DNA from: an uncultured Gemmatimonadaceae bacterium | GTDB taxonomy: Bacteria; Gemmatimonadota; Gemmatimonadetes; Gemmatimonadales; Gemmatimonadaceae | Direction: 5' to 3' | DNA: 64,000 nucleotides | NCBI GenBank assembly: GCA_963740355.1 | Contig: CAVUDW010000003.1 | Location: 1,248,001 to 1,312,000 of the forward strand | Shown here: piece after piece, positions 10,246-18,310 of the stretch | How the letters are laid out: each line of letters opens with the position of its first letter | Numbering within the stretch: position 1 is the stretch's first letter | Notes under the pieces: generated by a model | The model's input: the letters and a program-made list of their open reading frames with translations, nothing else | Told to the model about the DNA's origin: nothing | Database searches by the model: none | Translations under genes and position numbers: made by a program

Positions 10246-11107
10246 TGATCCGGACCGAGTCGACGAAACTGCCGAAGCGTGCATGTCGTGGCGCGCGGAG
10301 CTGCGCGACCACGGTTCGTGCCTGGGCGAGTGTGCTGTCGGCGAGTCGAGTGCCTCTGGCATCGAACGCGCTGACCACGAACCCACCGCCGTCGCTCGAG
10401 GTGGGGGCCGAGAGGGGCGCGTAGAGCGGTTGCGAGGCAGCGAAGGCGTTGGTGGACGTATCCCAGGTCGATTGCGAGAGCGACCATTGCCCATCACTGC
10501 TTCGCACGAGCGACCATCGTTCGCGTTGCAGCACACGAATCACGGTGCCGACCATCGTCGGTGGCAGCGTGTCACTGATGATCACGCGCTGACCGGCGGT
10601 CCCCGGCATCGGCGCCAACGAATCGCCACAGCTACCGCTCGCACTGCCGACGGCGCGCACGGACAAGCTGCGCCAGGTCGCGGACTGCGGGTGCCAGTAA
10701 CGGAGTTCATCATCGATGCTGACGGCGCGAGGCAGGACGGCGGCCCAGGGGAGCGTGTCGTCGCTTGCTGCGGACGCCGGCGCGAGCAGCACGACGGTGT
10801 CGGCGCGGACCCGGCATGCGCTGGTGACGCCGATGGTGGACATCAGGTCGAGCACCGAGTCATGCACTGACCGCAGGTCACCAGCCTGCGGATCTGCGTT
10901 CGCCACATGTCGCGAAAGGGTTTGCAGTGCGTCGCTGATCCCGGCTGCCCGGGTGTCGATCGTGCTGAGCTTCGTGAGCCCACCGACGGTGCGTCGTGCG
11001 CTGAGTGCGCCAATGCTCACGACGACCAGTGTGAGTATCAACGACACCAGCAATTCCGCGAGCGAGAATCCGCCGCGTGTGCGCTCGATCTCGTGCCGGC
11101 GGCGCAT
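10229..11107 (-). CDS. PilW-like minor pilin (prepilin N-methylation domain)
   Basis: RTRGG|FSLAELLVSLILTLVVVSIG; ATG 11107 is coupled (TGATG) to the upstream stop. Confidence 0.8.
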   Translation of the reverse strand: MRRRHEIERTRGGFSLAELLVSLILTLVVVSIGALSARRTVGGLTKLSTIDTRAAGISDALQTLSRHVANADPQAGDLRSVHDSVLDLMSTIGVTSACRVRADTVVLLAPASAASDDTLPWAAVLPRAVSIDDELRYWHPQSATWRSLSVRAVGSASGSCGDSLAPMPGTAGQRVIISDTLPPTMVGTVIRVLQRERWSLVRSSDGQWSLSQSTWDTSTNAFAASQPLYAPLSAPTSSDGGGFVVSAFDARGTRLADSTLAQARTVVAQLRAPRHARFGSFVDSVRINVGSR

Positions 11108-11460
11108 CAGTCGCACCAGCGGGTACGGCTGAGCTGCACCGAGTCGGCTCGTGCGCTACTCGAGAGCGAAACGCTCGCGCGGGAGCCATGGCCAGTTCGA
11201 AGCGTGTTCAGTGCAATCAGCCAGCGCGGCTCCCTGACGCTGCGAGCGATTGCGCTGGTGTCACATGGCAGCGCGTCGAGATCGGCGAGCGCCCGCTCTG
11301 CGCGGTGCTGTGCGGCCCGCTCGAAGGCGGCATTGCCCAGCGCGCGTTCGGCGGCCGCAGTGGCACCGATGCCCCATGCCGCGGTGGCGCTGAGCAGGAC
11401 GAGCGCGAGGAGAACCTCGCAAAGCGAATTGCCCGCGCGGGCGGTGTTGGCAGGTGACAT
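11107..11460 (-). CDS. PilV-like minor pilin
   Basis: ARAG|NSLCEVLLALVLLSATAA prepilin-like N-terminus with Glu5; short; precedes the pilW/X-like genes. Alternative start at 11502. Confidence 0.65.
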   Translation of the reverse strand: MSPANTARAGNSLCEVLLALVLLSATAAWGIGATAAAERALGNAAFERAAQHRAERALADLDALPCDTSAIARSVREPRWLIALNTLRTGHGSRASVSLSSSARADSVQLSRTRWCD

Positions 11461-11584
11461 CGAGCGCTCCGGATGAGGATGCGCCGATGGTACCGCCGTC
11501 ATTCAGTGATGCGTGAGGCAAAAACGTGCGCACATCATCAACACCACGCGAGACCTTCCCACCAAGCAGCCGGCGGCTGGGGCC

Positions 11585-12745
11585 CTACCCTGCCGCGATC
11601 GGCAGCAGGAGATGCACGGCCGTGCCGCCTTCACGCGAGCCATCGATCCAGATCGTGCCTCTCGCATCGAAGACGGTGCGTCGGATGGTGGCGAGTGTCA
11701 CGCCGAGCGGATCGCCGGGACGAGAGATCGCGAACGCATCGAAGGCACGCTGCTGATCGGCGGCAGCGGGTGTAGCGCCAGCATCAGTGATCACCAGCGA
11801 CAGCAGTTCTGCCCCTGGTTGTGCGCGTTGCACCCAGGTGCGCAACGAATCATCCGAGGCGCGTGGCACGATGGTGAGCCGGGAGTCACCCGTGCGGCGC
11901 ACTGGTGTTTCCTCGACACTGGAGCGGAAGATCCGCGAGACATGCAGCGTCACTTCGCGATCAGCGGGTGATGCCATGCGTGCCAGCAACAACAGCTCGC
12001 GAAGGTGATCGCGCAGACGCGCCCGATCGACCAGCACCAGCCCTCGTTCGGTCTCGAAGATCGCGTTGATGCCCTCGGCGTCCGCCGCAGGGAGTGCGGC
12101 GAGGACGCCGCGAATCTCTGCTACGATATCAACCGGCTCGAATGCGGCGGGAATCGGGGCCGTGACTCGGCGCAGGGCGCGCGTCGTATCGTCGAGCGAA
12201 GCCAGTGCATCGGTGGCCGCGGCGGAAACATGCTCGCCGCCCAGCGCGGCGCGCAGCGTCACCACGGCGCGATCGGCGGCGGCGGCGGCATCGTTCCCCA
12301 GCTGGGCGAGCAGGTCATTCGTCTCACGCTCGGCCGTGCGAAGCGCGGCGCGCGCGCCGGCGTCGGCGAATGCGGATGCCAGCGGAATGAGTGCACTGTC
12401 ACCGGTTGCGGTGGGGAGTCCGGCCACACCCACCGTTTGCACTTGGCGCTCGGCGTCCTGTGCGAGGGTGGCTGCATGTCGGCGCAACCATCGCTCGACA
12501 ACGAAGGAGAGGATGCCGACCAGCGCCACAGTGACCAGCGCGAAGACGCCGCCGACCGCGAGTGCGACGAAGGCCGGTGGCACGTAACGCGGCAGGAAGA
12601 AGACGATTCCGGCGCCGACCAGCAATGTGGCGGCGATTGGCCATGCGAGCGCGTCCTGCAAGGCTCGGCGTTCCGGCGGGGTTCGAACGGTGCGATCGGG
12701 TCGCGGCGTCATTGGAGGAGTCACGCGCGGAAACGTGAGCGACAA
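11585..12745 (-). CDS. Membrane protein with degenerate histidine kinase (HisKA/HATPase-like) fold
   Basis: Two TM helices; C-terminus resembles HATPase (ITDAG, AFDAF, GVTLATIRRTV, GTIWIDG, GGTAVHLLLP), but H-box and N-box residues are substituted. Confidence 0.7.
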   Translation of the reverse strand: MSLTFPRVTPPMTPRPDRTVRTPPERRALQDALAWPIAATLLVGAGIVFFLPRYVPPAFVALAVGGVFALVTVALVGILSFVVERWLRRHAATLAQDAERQVQTVGVAGLPTATGDSALIPLASAFADAGARAALRTAERETNDLLAQLGNDAAAAADRAVVTLRAALGGEHVSAAATDALASLDDTTRALRRVTAPIPAAFEPVDIVAEIRGVLAALPAADAEGINAIFETERGLVLVDRARLRDHLRELLLLARMASPADREVTLHVSRIFRSSVEETPVRRTGDSRLTIVPRASDDSLRTWVQRAQPGAELLSLVITDAGATPAAADQQRAFDAFAISRPGDPLGVTLATIRRTVFDARGTIWIDGSREGGTAVHLLLPIAAG

Positions 12746-12874
12746 GAGGCCGTGCGCAAGGCGCGGACAGAAAGCCGGGCGCTCACGCCGGGCAGGTGGC
12801 GCGTGATGGCTGGGGACGGCGGATGTCGAGGATCGAACATTGGCGGGCCACGCGGAGCGATGGCGCGCGCGGCG

Positions 12875-13285
12875 TCACCAGCAGGACGGCGTGCCGTCCG
12901 GAACACCTGCAGGCATGCCGGTCGGGCGCGGCGCGGCACCTACGAAGACGCCACAGGTCTGGCTGCCGGGGATCACCAGCGTCGCATTCCAACCCGTCGT
13001 TCCCGCCGGTGCACCCGCCAGCGTGATGAGGAGCGACGTGTTGCCCGGACTCGGCGTGAAGTGCAGCGCGGCCGTGTCGGCAAGATTCCCGTATCGACCA
13101 TTGTTCGAATAGAAGGACTCTTGCTGCGTGGCCAGGTTATGGATGTCGGCCAGGCCGGCGGTGCGCGACGCGCGCTGCTTGGTGTTCGCGTACTTCGGGA
13201 TCGCGAGCGTTGCGAGGATCCCGATGACGACGACGACAATCAGCAGCTCGATGATCGTGAAGCCGTGCCGCTTTGCGACTGCCAT
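12875..13285 (-). CDS. Type IV pilin, divergent B-type copy
   Basis: KRHG|FTIIELLIVVVVIGILATLAIPKY; C-terminal Cys pair ending CW; GGAG RBS before ATG 13285. Confidence 0.9.
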   Translation of the reverse strand: MAVAKRHGFTIIELLIVVVVIGILATLAIPKYANTKQRASRTAGLADIHNLATQQESFYSNNGRYGNLADTAALHFTPSPGNTSLLITLAGAPAGTTGWNATLVIPGSQTCGVFVGAAPRPTGMPAGVPDGTPSCW

Positions 13286-13411
13286 AACACTCCTGGACCA
13301 ACTTCCGGGGGAACACGCGCAGCGGGTGAACGACCGCCGAGGAGTGTCGGGAGGGCACGTCGCGTGCTGAAGCGCCGTGTCCGCCTTCGACGTCTCAACC
13401 CTGAAAAGCGT

Positions 13412-13443
13412 CACGGCCCGGCGAATGGGGGCGCCGGGCCGTG
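13412..13443 (-). terminator. Stem-loop terminator after pilin 13471-13878
   Basis: CACGGCCCGGCG/CGCCGGGCCGTG 12-bp stem followed by CTTTTC on the minus strand. Confidence 0.7.
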
Positions 13444-13470
13444 CGGTCCATCAGGAATGCCGTCTGGCTG

Positions 13471-13878
13471 TTACCAGCAGACCGGCACACCCGACGGAGT
13501 CGTAGCAGGCATACCAGTCGGCGCCGAGGCGCTGCCGTGGTAGATGCCGCACTTCTGTGCGCCTGGGATCGTGATCAGTGCGCTCCAGCCGGTGGTCGAG
13601 GCGACGAGCGTGAGGCCCGTGTTTCCGGTCGACGGCGTGAAGTTCATCTTGCCGGCGGCGCTGCCCGTGTCGGCGATCGCCGCGTAGCGGTTGCTGTCGG
13701 CGTAGAAGCCTTCCTGCGAGGTGGCGAGGTTGCGCATGTCGGCGATGCCGGCGGCGCGGCTCGCACGCTGCTTCGTATTGGAGAACTTCGGGATGGCGAC
13801 CGCCGCCAGAATGCCGATGATGACGACGACGATCAGGAGTTCGATCAGAGTGAAGCCCTTCTTGTTCGTGCGTTCCAT
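13471..13878 (-). CDS. pilA: Type IVa major pilin (A-type copy 4)
   Basis: KKG|FTLIELLIVVVIIGILAAVAIPKF; 135 aa; C-terminal Cys pair ending VPVCW. Confidence 0.92.
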   Translation of the reverse strand: MERTNKKGFTLIELLIVVVIIGILAAVAIPKFSNTKQRASRAAGIADMRNLATSQEGFYADSNRYAAIADTGSAAGKMNFTPSTGNTGLTLVASTTGWSALITIPGAQKCGIYHGSASAPTGMPATTPSGVPVCW

Positions 13879-13958
13879 GGGAGTAGGCGGTTCGGGTCAA
13901 CATGCTGATGGCCATCGCGACATGCGCGGTCATCGTGCTTGCGTCGCCATGAGATAAG

Positions 13959-13973
13959 GCAAACTGGCAGCCA
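13959..13973 (-). promoter_or_regulatory. Sigma54 (-24/-12) promoter
   Basis: Minus strand TGGCTGCCAGTTTGC (GG-N10-GC), about 80 bp upstream of the pilin ATG; pilR is in the locus. Confidence 0.75.
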
Positions 13974-13990
13974 CAACCATTGAATGCACG

Positions 13991-14003
13991 TAACGTGTTG
14001 ATT
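13991..14003 (-). promoter_or_regulatory. IHF-like binding site
   Basis: Minus strand AATCAACACGTTA matches WATCAANNNNTTR, 18 bp upstream of the sigma54 element. Confidence 0.55.
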
Positions 14004-14238
14004 CACATGGTGTTAGGCAGACCCGAGGAACGCGTGACTGGTATGTCAGGCATTGCATCTTACGACAGGTCCGGCATTTCGCATTGCTGGTGAGCGCCGA
14101 TTCATGCGAGGGGCGCCGAGGTTGGCGCACGGTGGCCGACGTCGTAAGAACAGCGGCTGACATATCGCACGGGAGCAGGTGGCGCAGGCCGCGGCGCTAC
14201 ATGGTACCAGTGTATCACAAAAACGTATCACAAAAACA

Positions 14239-14274
14239 CGATGGCCCCGTGCGCAGGAACGCACGGGGCCATCG
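14239..14274 (-). terminator. Rho-independent terminator after pilin 14311-14718
   Basis: CGATGGCCCCGTGCG/CGCACGGGGCCATCG 15-bp stem followed by TGTTTTT on the minus strand. Confidence 0.8.
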
Positions 14275-14310
14275 AGATGGTCGAACGGAATCACATCACG
14301 AGCACGCGAT

Positions 14311-14718
14311 TTACCAGCAAACCGGGACACCGCTCGGATTCGTCGCCGGCATGCCGGTTGGACGCGCGGCGGTGCCGCTGAAGATGCCGCACTTCTGCGC
14401 GCCCGGAATCGTCACCAGTCCGCTCCAGCCTGTGGTCGTCGCAACCAGCGTCAGCGCCGTGTTTCCCGTCGACGGCGTGAAGTTCATCTTGCCGGCAGCT
14501 GTACCCGTATCGGCGATCGCGGCGTAGCGGCTCGAGTCGGCGAAGAAGCCTTCCTGTGCCGTGGCCAGGTTTCGCATGTCGGCGATGCCGGCCGAGCGTG
14601 AGGCTCGCTGCTTCGTGTTGGAGAACTTCGGGATCGCGACGGCGGCAAGAATGCCGATGATGACGACCACGATCAACAGTTCGATGAGCGTGAAGCCGAG
14701 CTTGGGTGAGCGCTTCAT
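14311..14718 (-). CDS. pilA: Type IVa major pilin (A-type copy 3)
   Basis: MKRSPKLG|FTLIELLIVVVIIGILAAVAIPKF; 135 aa. Confidence 0.92.
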   Translation of the reverse strand: MKRSPKLGFTLIELLIVVVIIGILAAVAIPKFSNTKQRASRSAGIADMRNLATAQEGFFADSSRYAAIADTGTAAGKMNFTPSTGNTALTLVATTTGWSGLVTIPGAQKCGIFSGTAARPTGMPATNPSGVPVCW

Positions 14719-14800
14719 GGGGGTCCGGTGGGGTCGGTGTCTTACGCAGTGCAGCGACGCGAAGCGCATCGCCGCATGGCGCAGTTGATTCCGAACTATC

Positions 14801-14815
14801 GCAATGCGCCGGCCA
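14801..14815 (-). promoter_or_regulatory. Sigma54 (-24/-12) promoter
   Basis: Minus strand TGGCCGGCGCATTGC (GG-N10-GC). Confidence 0.75.
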
Positions 14816-14964
14816 GCCGGATTAGAATCGACAACACGTTGTCACACAATGACTTAGGGATTGCGTAACGACACCCGGTGGCCGCGCCACCGTTGCACCT
14901 TACGACGGATCCGGCATTTCGCGGCACGGATGTTTCCGGCCGCAGCGAGCAGCACCACCACACG

Positions 14965-15002
14965 ACGACGACCCGGCAGGCATCAGCCCACCGGGTCGTC
15001 GT
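14965..15002 (-). terminator. Stem-loop after pilin 15043-15450
   Basis: ACGACGACCCGG/CCGGGTCGTCGT 12-bp stem; no clear U-tract. Confidence 0.5.
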
Positions 15003-15042
15003 GCGAGCGACCGAAATCGCCCGGATCAGGTGTCGCGTCGGA

Positions 15043-15450
15043 TTACCAGCAGACTGGCACGCCGTCCGGGTTCGTCGCCGGCATACCCGTCGGGCGCGCA
15101 GCCGTACCAGAGAAGATGCCGCACTTCTGGTTGCCAGGAATCGTCACCTCACCGCTCCAACCCGTCGCCGTGGCGACCAGCGTCAGGTTCGTGTTTCCGT
15201 TCGACGGCGTGAAATTCATCTTGCCAGCACCAGTACCGGTGTCCGCGATGGCGGCATACCGGCTGGAGTCGGCGAAGAAGCCTTCCTGGGCGGTGGCGAG
15301 GTTGCGCATGTCGGCGATACCAGCCGAACGCGAAGCACGCTGCTTGGTGTTCGAGAACTTCGGAATCGCTACCGCGGCGAGGATGCCGATGATCACAACC
15401 ACGATCAAGAGTTCGATCAGGGTGAAGCCCTTCTTCATGCTGCGTCGCAT
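15043..15450 (-). CDS. pilA: Type IVa major pilin (A-type copy 2)
   Basis: MRRSMKKG|FTLIELL; 135 aa; GGAGG RBS. Confidence 0.92.
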   Translation of the reverse strand: MRRSMKKGFTLIELLIVVVIIGILAAVAIPKFSNTKQRASRSAGIADMRNLATAQEGFFADSSRYAAIADTGTGAGKMNFTPSNGNTNLTLVATATGWSGEVTIPGNQKCGIFSGTAARPTGMPATNPDGVPVCW

Positions 15451-15526
15451 GGATGTCCTCCGTCAGAGTTGGTTGACTGTTGCCGCCCAGGCTGCAGAGG
15501 GCAGCCGGACTCGTCGGGGGAGTTGA

Positions 15527-15541
15527 GCAAGAGATTTGCCG
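15527..15541 (-). promoter_or_regulatory. Sigma54 (-24/-12) promoter
   Basis: Minus strand CGGCAAATCTCTTGC (GG-N10-GC). Confidence 0.7.
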
Positions 15542-15665
15542 AGCTTTCCTGATGCGACAACCGTCTGGAACACAATCACTTGCGCGTTTAGCGACCTCGA
15601 GTACACGACCGTTTGCTCTCGCATCCTGCATGATCACTTGCAAATCGCCGCACTAGCCAGAACGA

Positions 15666-15701
15666 CACTGGCCCGGCGTGCCGAAGCACGCCGGGCCAGT
15701 G
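15666..15701 (-). terminator. Stem-loop terminator after pilin 15733-16140
   Basis: CACTGGCCCGGCGTGC/GCACGCCGGGCCAGTG 16-bp stem; the loop reads TTCG (UUCG tetraloop) on the minus strand. Confidence 0.75.
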
Positions 15702-15732
15702 GTCAGCCGACCGAAGTCAGCTGGTCAAGCGA

Positions 15733-16140
15733 TTACCAGCAAACCGGGACGCCGTCCGGGTTCGTTGCCGGCATGCCCGTCGGGCGTGCGGCGGTGCCGC
15801 TGAAGATACCGCACTTCTGAGCGCCCGGGATCGTCACCATGCCGCTCCAGCCCGTCGCCGTGGCGACCAGCGTCAGGGCGGTGTTTCCGTTCGACGGCGT
15901 GAAGTTCATCTTGCCAGTGCCCGTGCCGGTGTCCGCGATGGCGGCATAACGGCTGGAGTCGGCGAAGAAGCCTTCCTGCGCGGTGGCGAGGTTACGCATG
16001 TCGGCGATACCGGCCGAACGCGAAGCGCGCTGCTTGGTGTTCGAGAACTTCGGGATCGCGACGGCAGCCAGGATGCCGATGATGACCACGACGATCAAGA
16101 GTTCGATCAGGGTGAAGCCCTTCTTCATGCTGCGTCGCAT
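15733..16140 (-). CDS. pilA: Type IVa major pilin (A-type copy 1)
   Basis: MRRSMKKG|FTLIELL; 135 aa; differs from the neighbouring copy at 4 residues. Confidence 0.92.
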   Translation of the reverse strand: MRRSMKKGFTLIELLIVVVIIGILAAVAIPKFSNTKQRASRSAGIADMRNLATAQEGFFADSSRYAAIADTGTGTGKMNFTPSNGNTALTLVATATGWSGMVTIPGAQKCGIFSGTAARPTGMPATNPDGVPVCW

Positions 16141-16208
16141 GCACAACTCCATAGTGGGAGACCGGTCACCGGTGTGGCACACTGCCAGCCGGCTCGGCCA
16201 CCATTAAG

Positions 16209-16223
16209 GCAAGGGCTTTGCCG
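16209..16223 (-). promoter_or_regulatory. Sigma54 (-24/-12) promoter
   Basis: Minus strand CGGCAAAGCCCTTGC (GG-N10-GC). Confidence 0.7.
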
Positions 16224-16369
16224 CGACCGTTGCAATCCGCAAAGTGTTGTCAAATAACGACTTGTGATTCGAGACACACGCCGGACTCGACCATGGCCCA
16301 CTGCTTTTCGCCACGCTCATGGCGTTCTGCGAATTCCAGCACCCCAGCCAAGCGTTTGCCGTCAGGCCC

Positions 16370-16795
16370 TCATGGCCAGCAGACCGGCACCCCATCCGGC
16401 GTCCCGCCAGGCATCCCGGTCGGCGCCGGAGCCGCACCGACGAAAATCCCGCAGGAACTGCTTCCGGGCACCGCCAGCACGGCATTCCACCCGCTCGACC
16501 CCACGGGCGCGCCCGCCAGCGTGATCGCCAGCCCGGTATTGCCGCGACTGAGCGAGAACCGCATCACCGCAGTATCGGTCAGGGCGCCATACCGATCGCT
16601 GTCGGCGTAGAAGCCTTCCTGGGCGGTCGCGAGGTTGCGGAGGTCGGCAATACCGGCCGACCGGTTCGCTCGACGCTTGGTGTTGTTGAACTTCGGGATC
16701 GCAATGGCGGCCAGGATCCCGATGATGACGACGACGATCAGCAGTTCGATGAGCGTGAATCCCGACACGCGCTGCCGTTGACGCGATGCGCACAT
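16370..16795 (-). CDS. Type IV pilin, divergent B-type copy
   Basis: RVSG|FTLIELLIVVVIIGILAAIAIPKF; ends VPVCWP; GGAGG RBS before ATG 16795. Confidence 0.9.
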   Translation of the reverse strand: MCASRQRQRVSGFTLIELLIVVVIIGILAAIAIPKFNNTKRRANRSAGIADLRNLATAQEGFYADSDRYGALTDTAVMRFSLSRGNTGLAITLAGAPVGSSGWNAVLAVPGSSSCGIFVGAAPAPTGMPGGTPDGVPVCWP

Positions 16796-16933
16796 GGCGC
16801 CCTCCTCTCCAGGGTGAACGGCGCCATCGCCTGATACGTGGCGCACGCCCCCAGAGTCACACCCGCGTCATTCCGCGACCTACCCAATCCAGCGCGGATA
16901 TCATCCATCGATTGCCACGCGCACTGGAAGAGA

Positions 16934-18310
16934 TCAGGCGTCCGTCTCGTAGCGCGCCAGCTTCCGGTACAGCGTGCTGGCATCGATCCCCAGCGTGGAC
17001 GCCGCGCGAGACTTGTTGCCCCCTTCGCTCTGCAACACCCACATGATGTACGCCCGCTCGATCGCGTCGAGTGTCGGGTTCACGATCGCACGCTCCGCCA
17101 CCAGCGGCTCCACTCGACGGGCCGTCACACGCTCCGGAAGCGCCTCGACATCGATCGCGTCTCCCGTCGTGAGGATCACCGCGCGCTCCATCGCGTTCTC
17201 CAACTCGCGCACATTGCCCGGCCAGTCGTAGGCCTGCATCGCATCCAGCGCGTCGCTGGTCAACGTGAGGGGATTCTCGTGGCGCGTGCCGCCCACCCGT
17301 GCAAGGAACTTCGTCGCCAACACCGAGATGTCGTCGCGACGATCACGCAGCGGTGGCAGGTGAATCGCGATCACGTTGAGGCGATAGAACAGGTCACCGC
17401 GAAAGCTGCCGCGCTTGATCTCGTCCTCGAGGTCACGATTGGTCGCAGCGATCATGCGCACATCGATCGGCTGTGACTCCGTGCCACCAACCGGAATCAC
17501 TTCCCGCTGCTGCAGCACACGCAACAACTTCACCTGCGTGGCAGGAGTCGTCTCACCGATTTCGTCGAGGAAGAACGTGCCCTTGTTGGCCGCGGTGAAG
17601 AGCCCAGCGCGGTCCTTCACGGCGCCGGTGAACGACCCCTTCACATGCCCGAACAGTTCACTCTCGAGCAGTGATTCCGGCAGCGCACCACAGTTGATCG
17701 ACATGAAGCTGTTGTCGCTGCGCGGCGAGAGGTCGTGCAGGTAGCGTGCAATCACTTCCTTGCCCGTCCCCGACTCGCCGGTGATCAGCACCGTCGAATC
17801 CGTCGGCGCCACCGTCTCCACCATCTCGAGCACCTTGAGCCAACTGCGACTGTTGCCCGTCGGCCGCGCTCCGGCCGTGCTGCGATCACGCCGCTGGATC
17901 TCCTGCTTCAGCGTCACGTTCTCGATCTTCAGCTGCCGGTGCTCCGCCGCGCGACGCAGGATCGCCACCAGTTCGTCGTTGCGAAACGGCTTCTGGATGT
18001 AGTAGAACGCCCCTTCATTCACCGCCTGGATCGCACTCTGCATCGAGGCCTGCGCGGTCATCAGCACCACCGGCAGCTGTGGATCGCGGGCCTTCACTGC
18101 GGCCAGCACCTCGATGCCGGAAATTGTCGGCATGCGGATGTCGGACAGCACGATGTCGGGCGTCGATGTCTCGAGCGCATCGAGTCCCGCCTTGCCGCCA
18201 AGCGCCGTGATCGGTGTGAATCCCTCGTTCTTGAGGAGGATTCGCAACGTCTCGAGGATGCCGGCTTCGTCATCGATGACGAGGACGGTCGGCGAGGATC
18301 GATTACTCAC
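16934..18310 (-). CDS. pilR: Sigma54-dependent response regulator, PilR-like (NtrC family)
   Basis: Receiver domain, GESGTGKE, ESELFGH, GSFTGA, FLDEIGE, WPGNVRELEN and Fis-type HTH; adjacent to the pilins. Confidence 0.9.
   Translation of the reverse strand: MSNRSSPTVLVIDDEAGILETLRILLKNEGFTPITALGGKAGLDALETSTPDIVLSDIRMPTISGIEVLAAVKARDPQLPVVLMTAQASMQSAIQAVNEGAFYYIQKPFRNDELVAILRRAAEHRQLKIENVTLKQEIQRRDRSTAGARPTGNSRSWLKVLEMVETVAPTDSTVLITGESGTGKEVIARYLHDLSPRSDNSFMSINCGALPESLLESELFGHVKGSFTGAVKDRAGLFTAANKGTFFLDEIGETTPATQVKLLRVLQQREVIPVGGTESQPIDVRMIAATNRDLEDEIKRGSFRGDLFYRLNVIAIHLPPLRDRRDDISVLATKFLARVGGTRHENPLTLTSDALDAMQAYDWPGNVRELENAMERAVILTTGDAIDVEALPERVTARRVEPLVAERAIVNPTLDAIERAYIMWVLQSEGGNKSRAASTLGIDASTLYRKLARYETDA

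Noticed and set aside
11518..11532. Sigma54-like site upstream of the pilV-like gene (TGCGCACGTTTTTGC)
   Set aside because: The invariant GG at -24 is missing.
13471..16140. Electrically conductive (Geobacter-type) e-pilins
   Set aside because: The N-terminus resembles Geobacter PilA (F1, F24, F51, Y57), but positions 27 and 32 are Thr and Ser, the pilins are not truncated, and aromatic content is only about 9 of 127 residues.
16175..16189. Plus-strand TGGCAC-N-CAGC sigma54-like site antisense to the locus
   Set aside because: It lacks the TTGC -12 element and looks like part of a small hairpin in the pilin leader.
12875..16795. Silent pilS-type cassettes, a shufflon or a DGR target array
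   Set aside because: All copies have intact starts and leaders, four have promoters, all are co-oriented, no recombinase or reverse transcriptase is in the window, and no adenine-specific variation is apparent.
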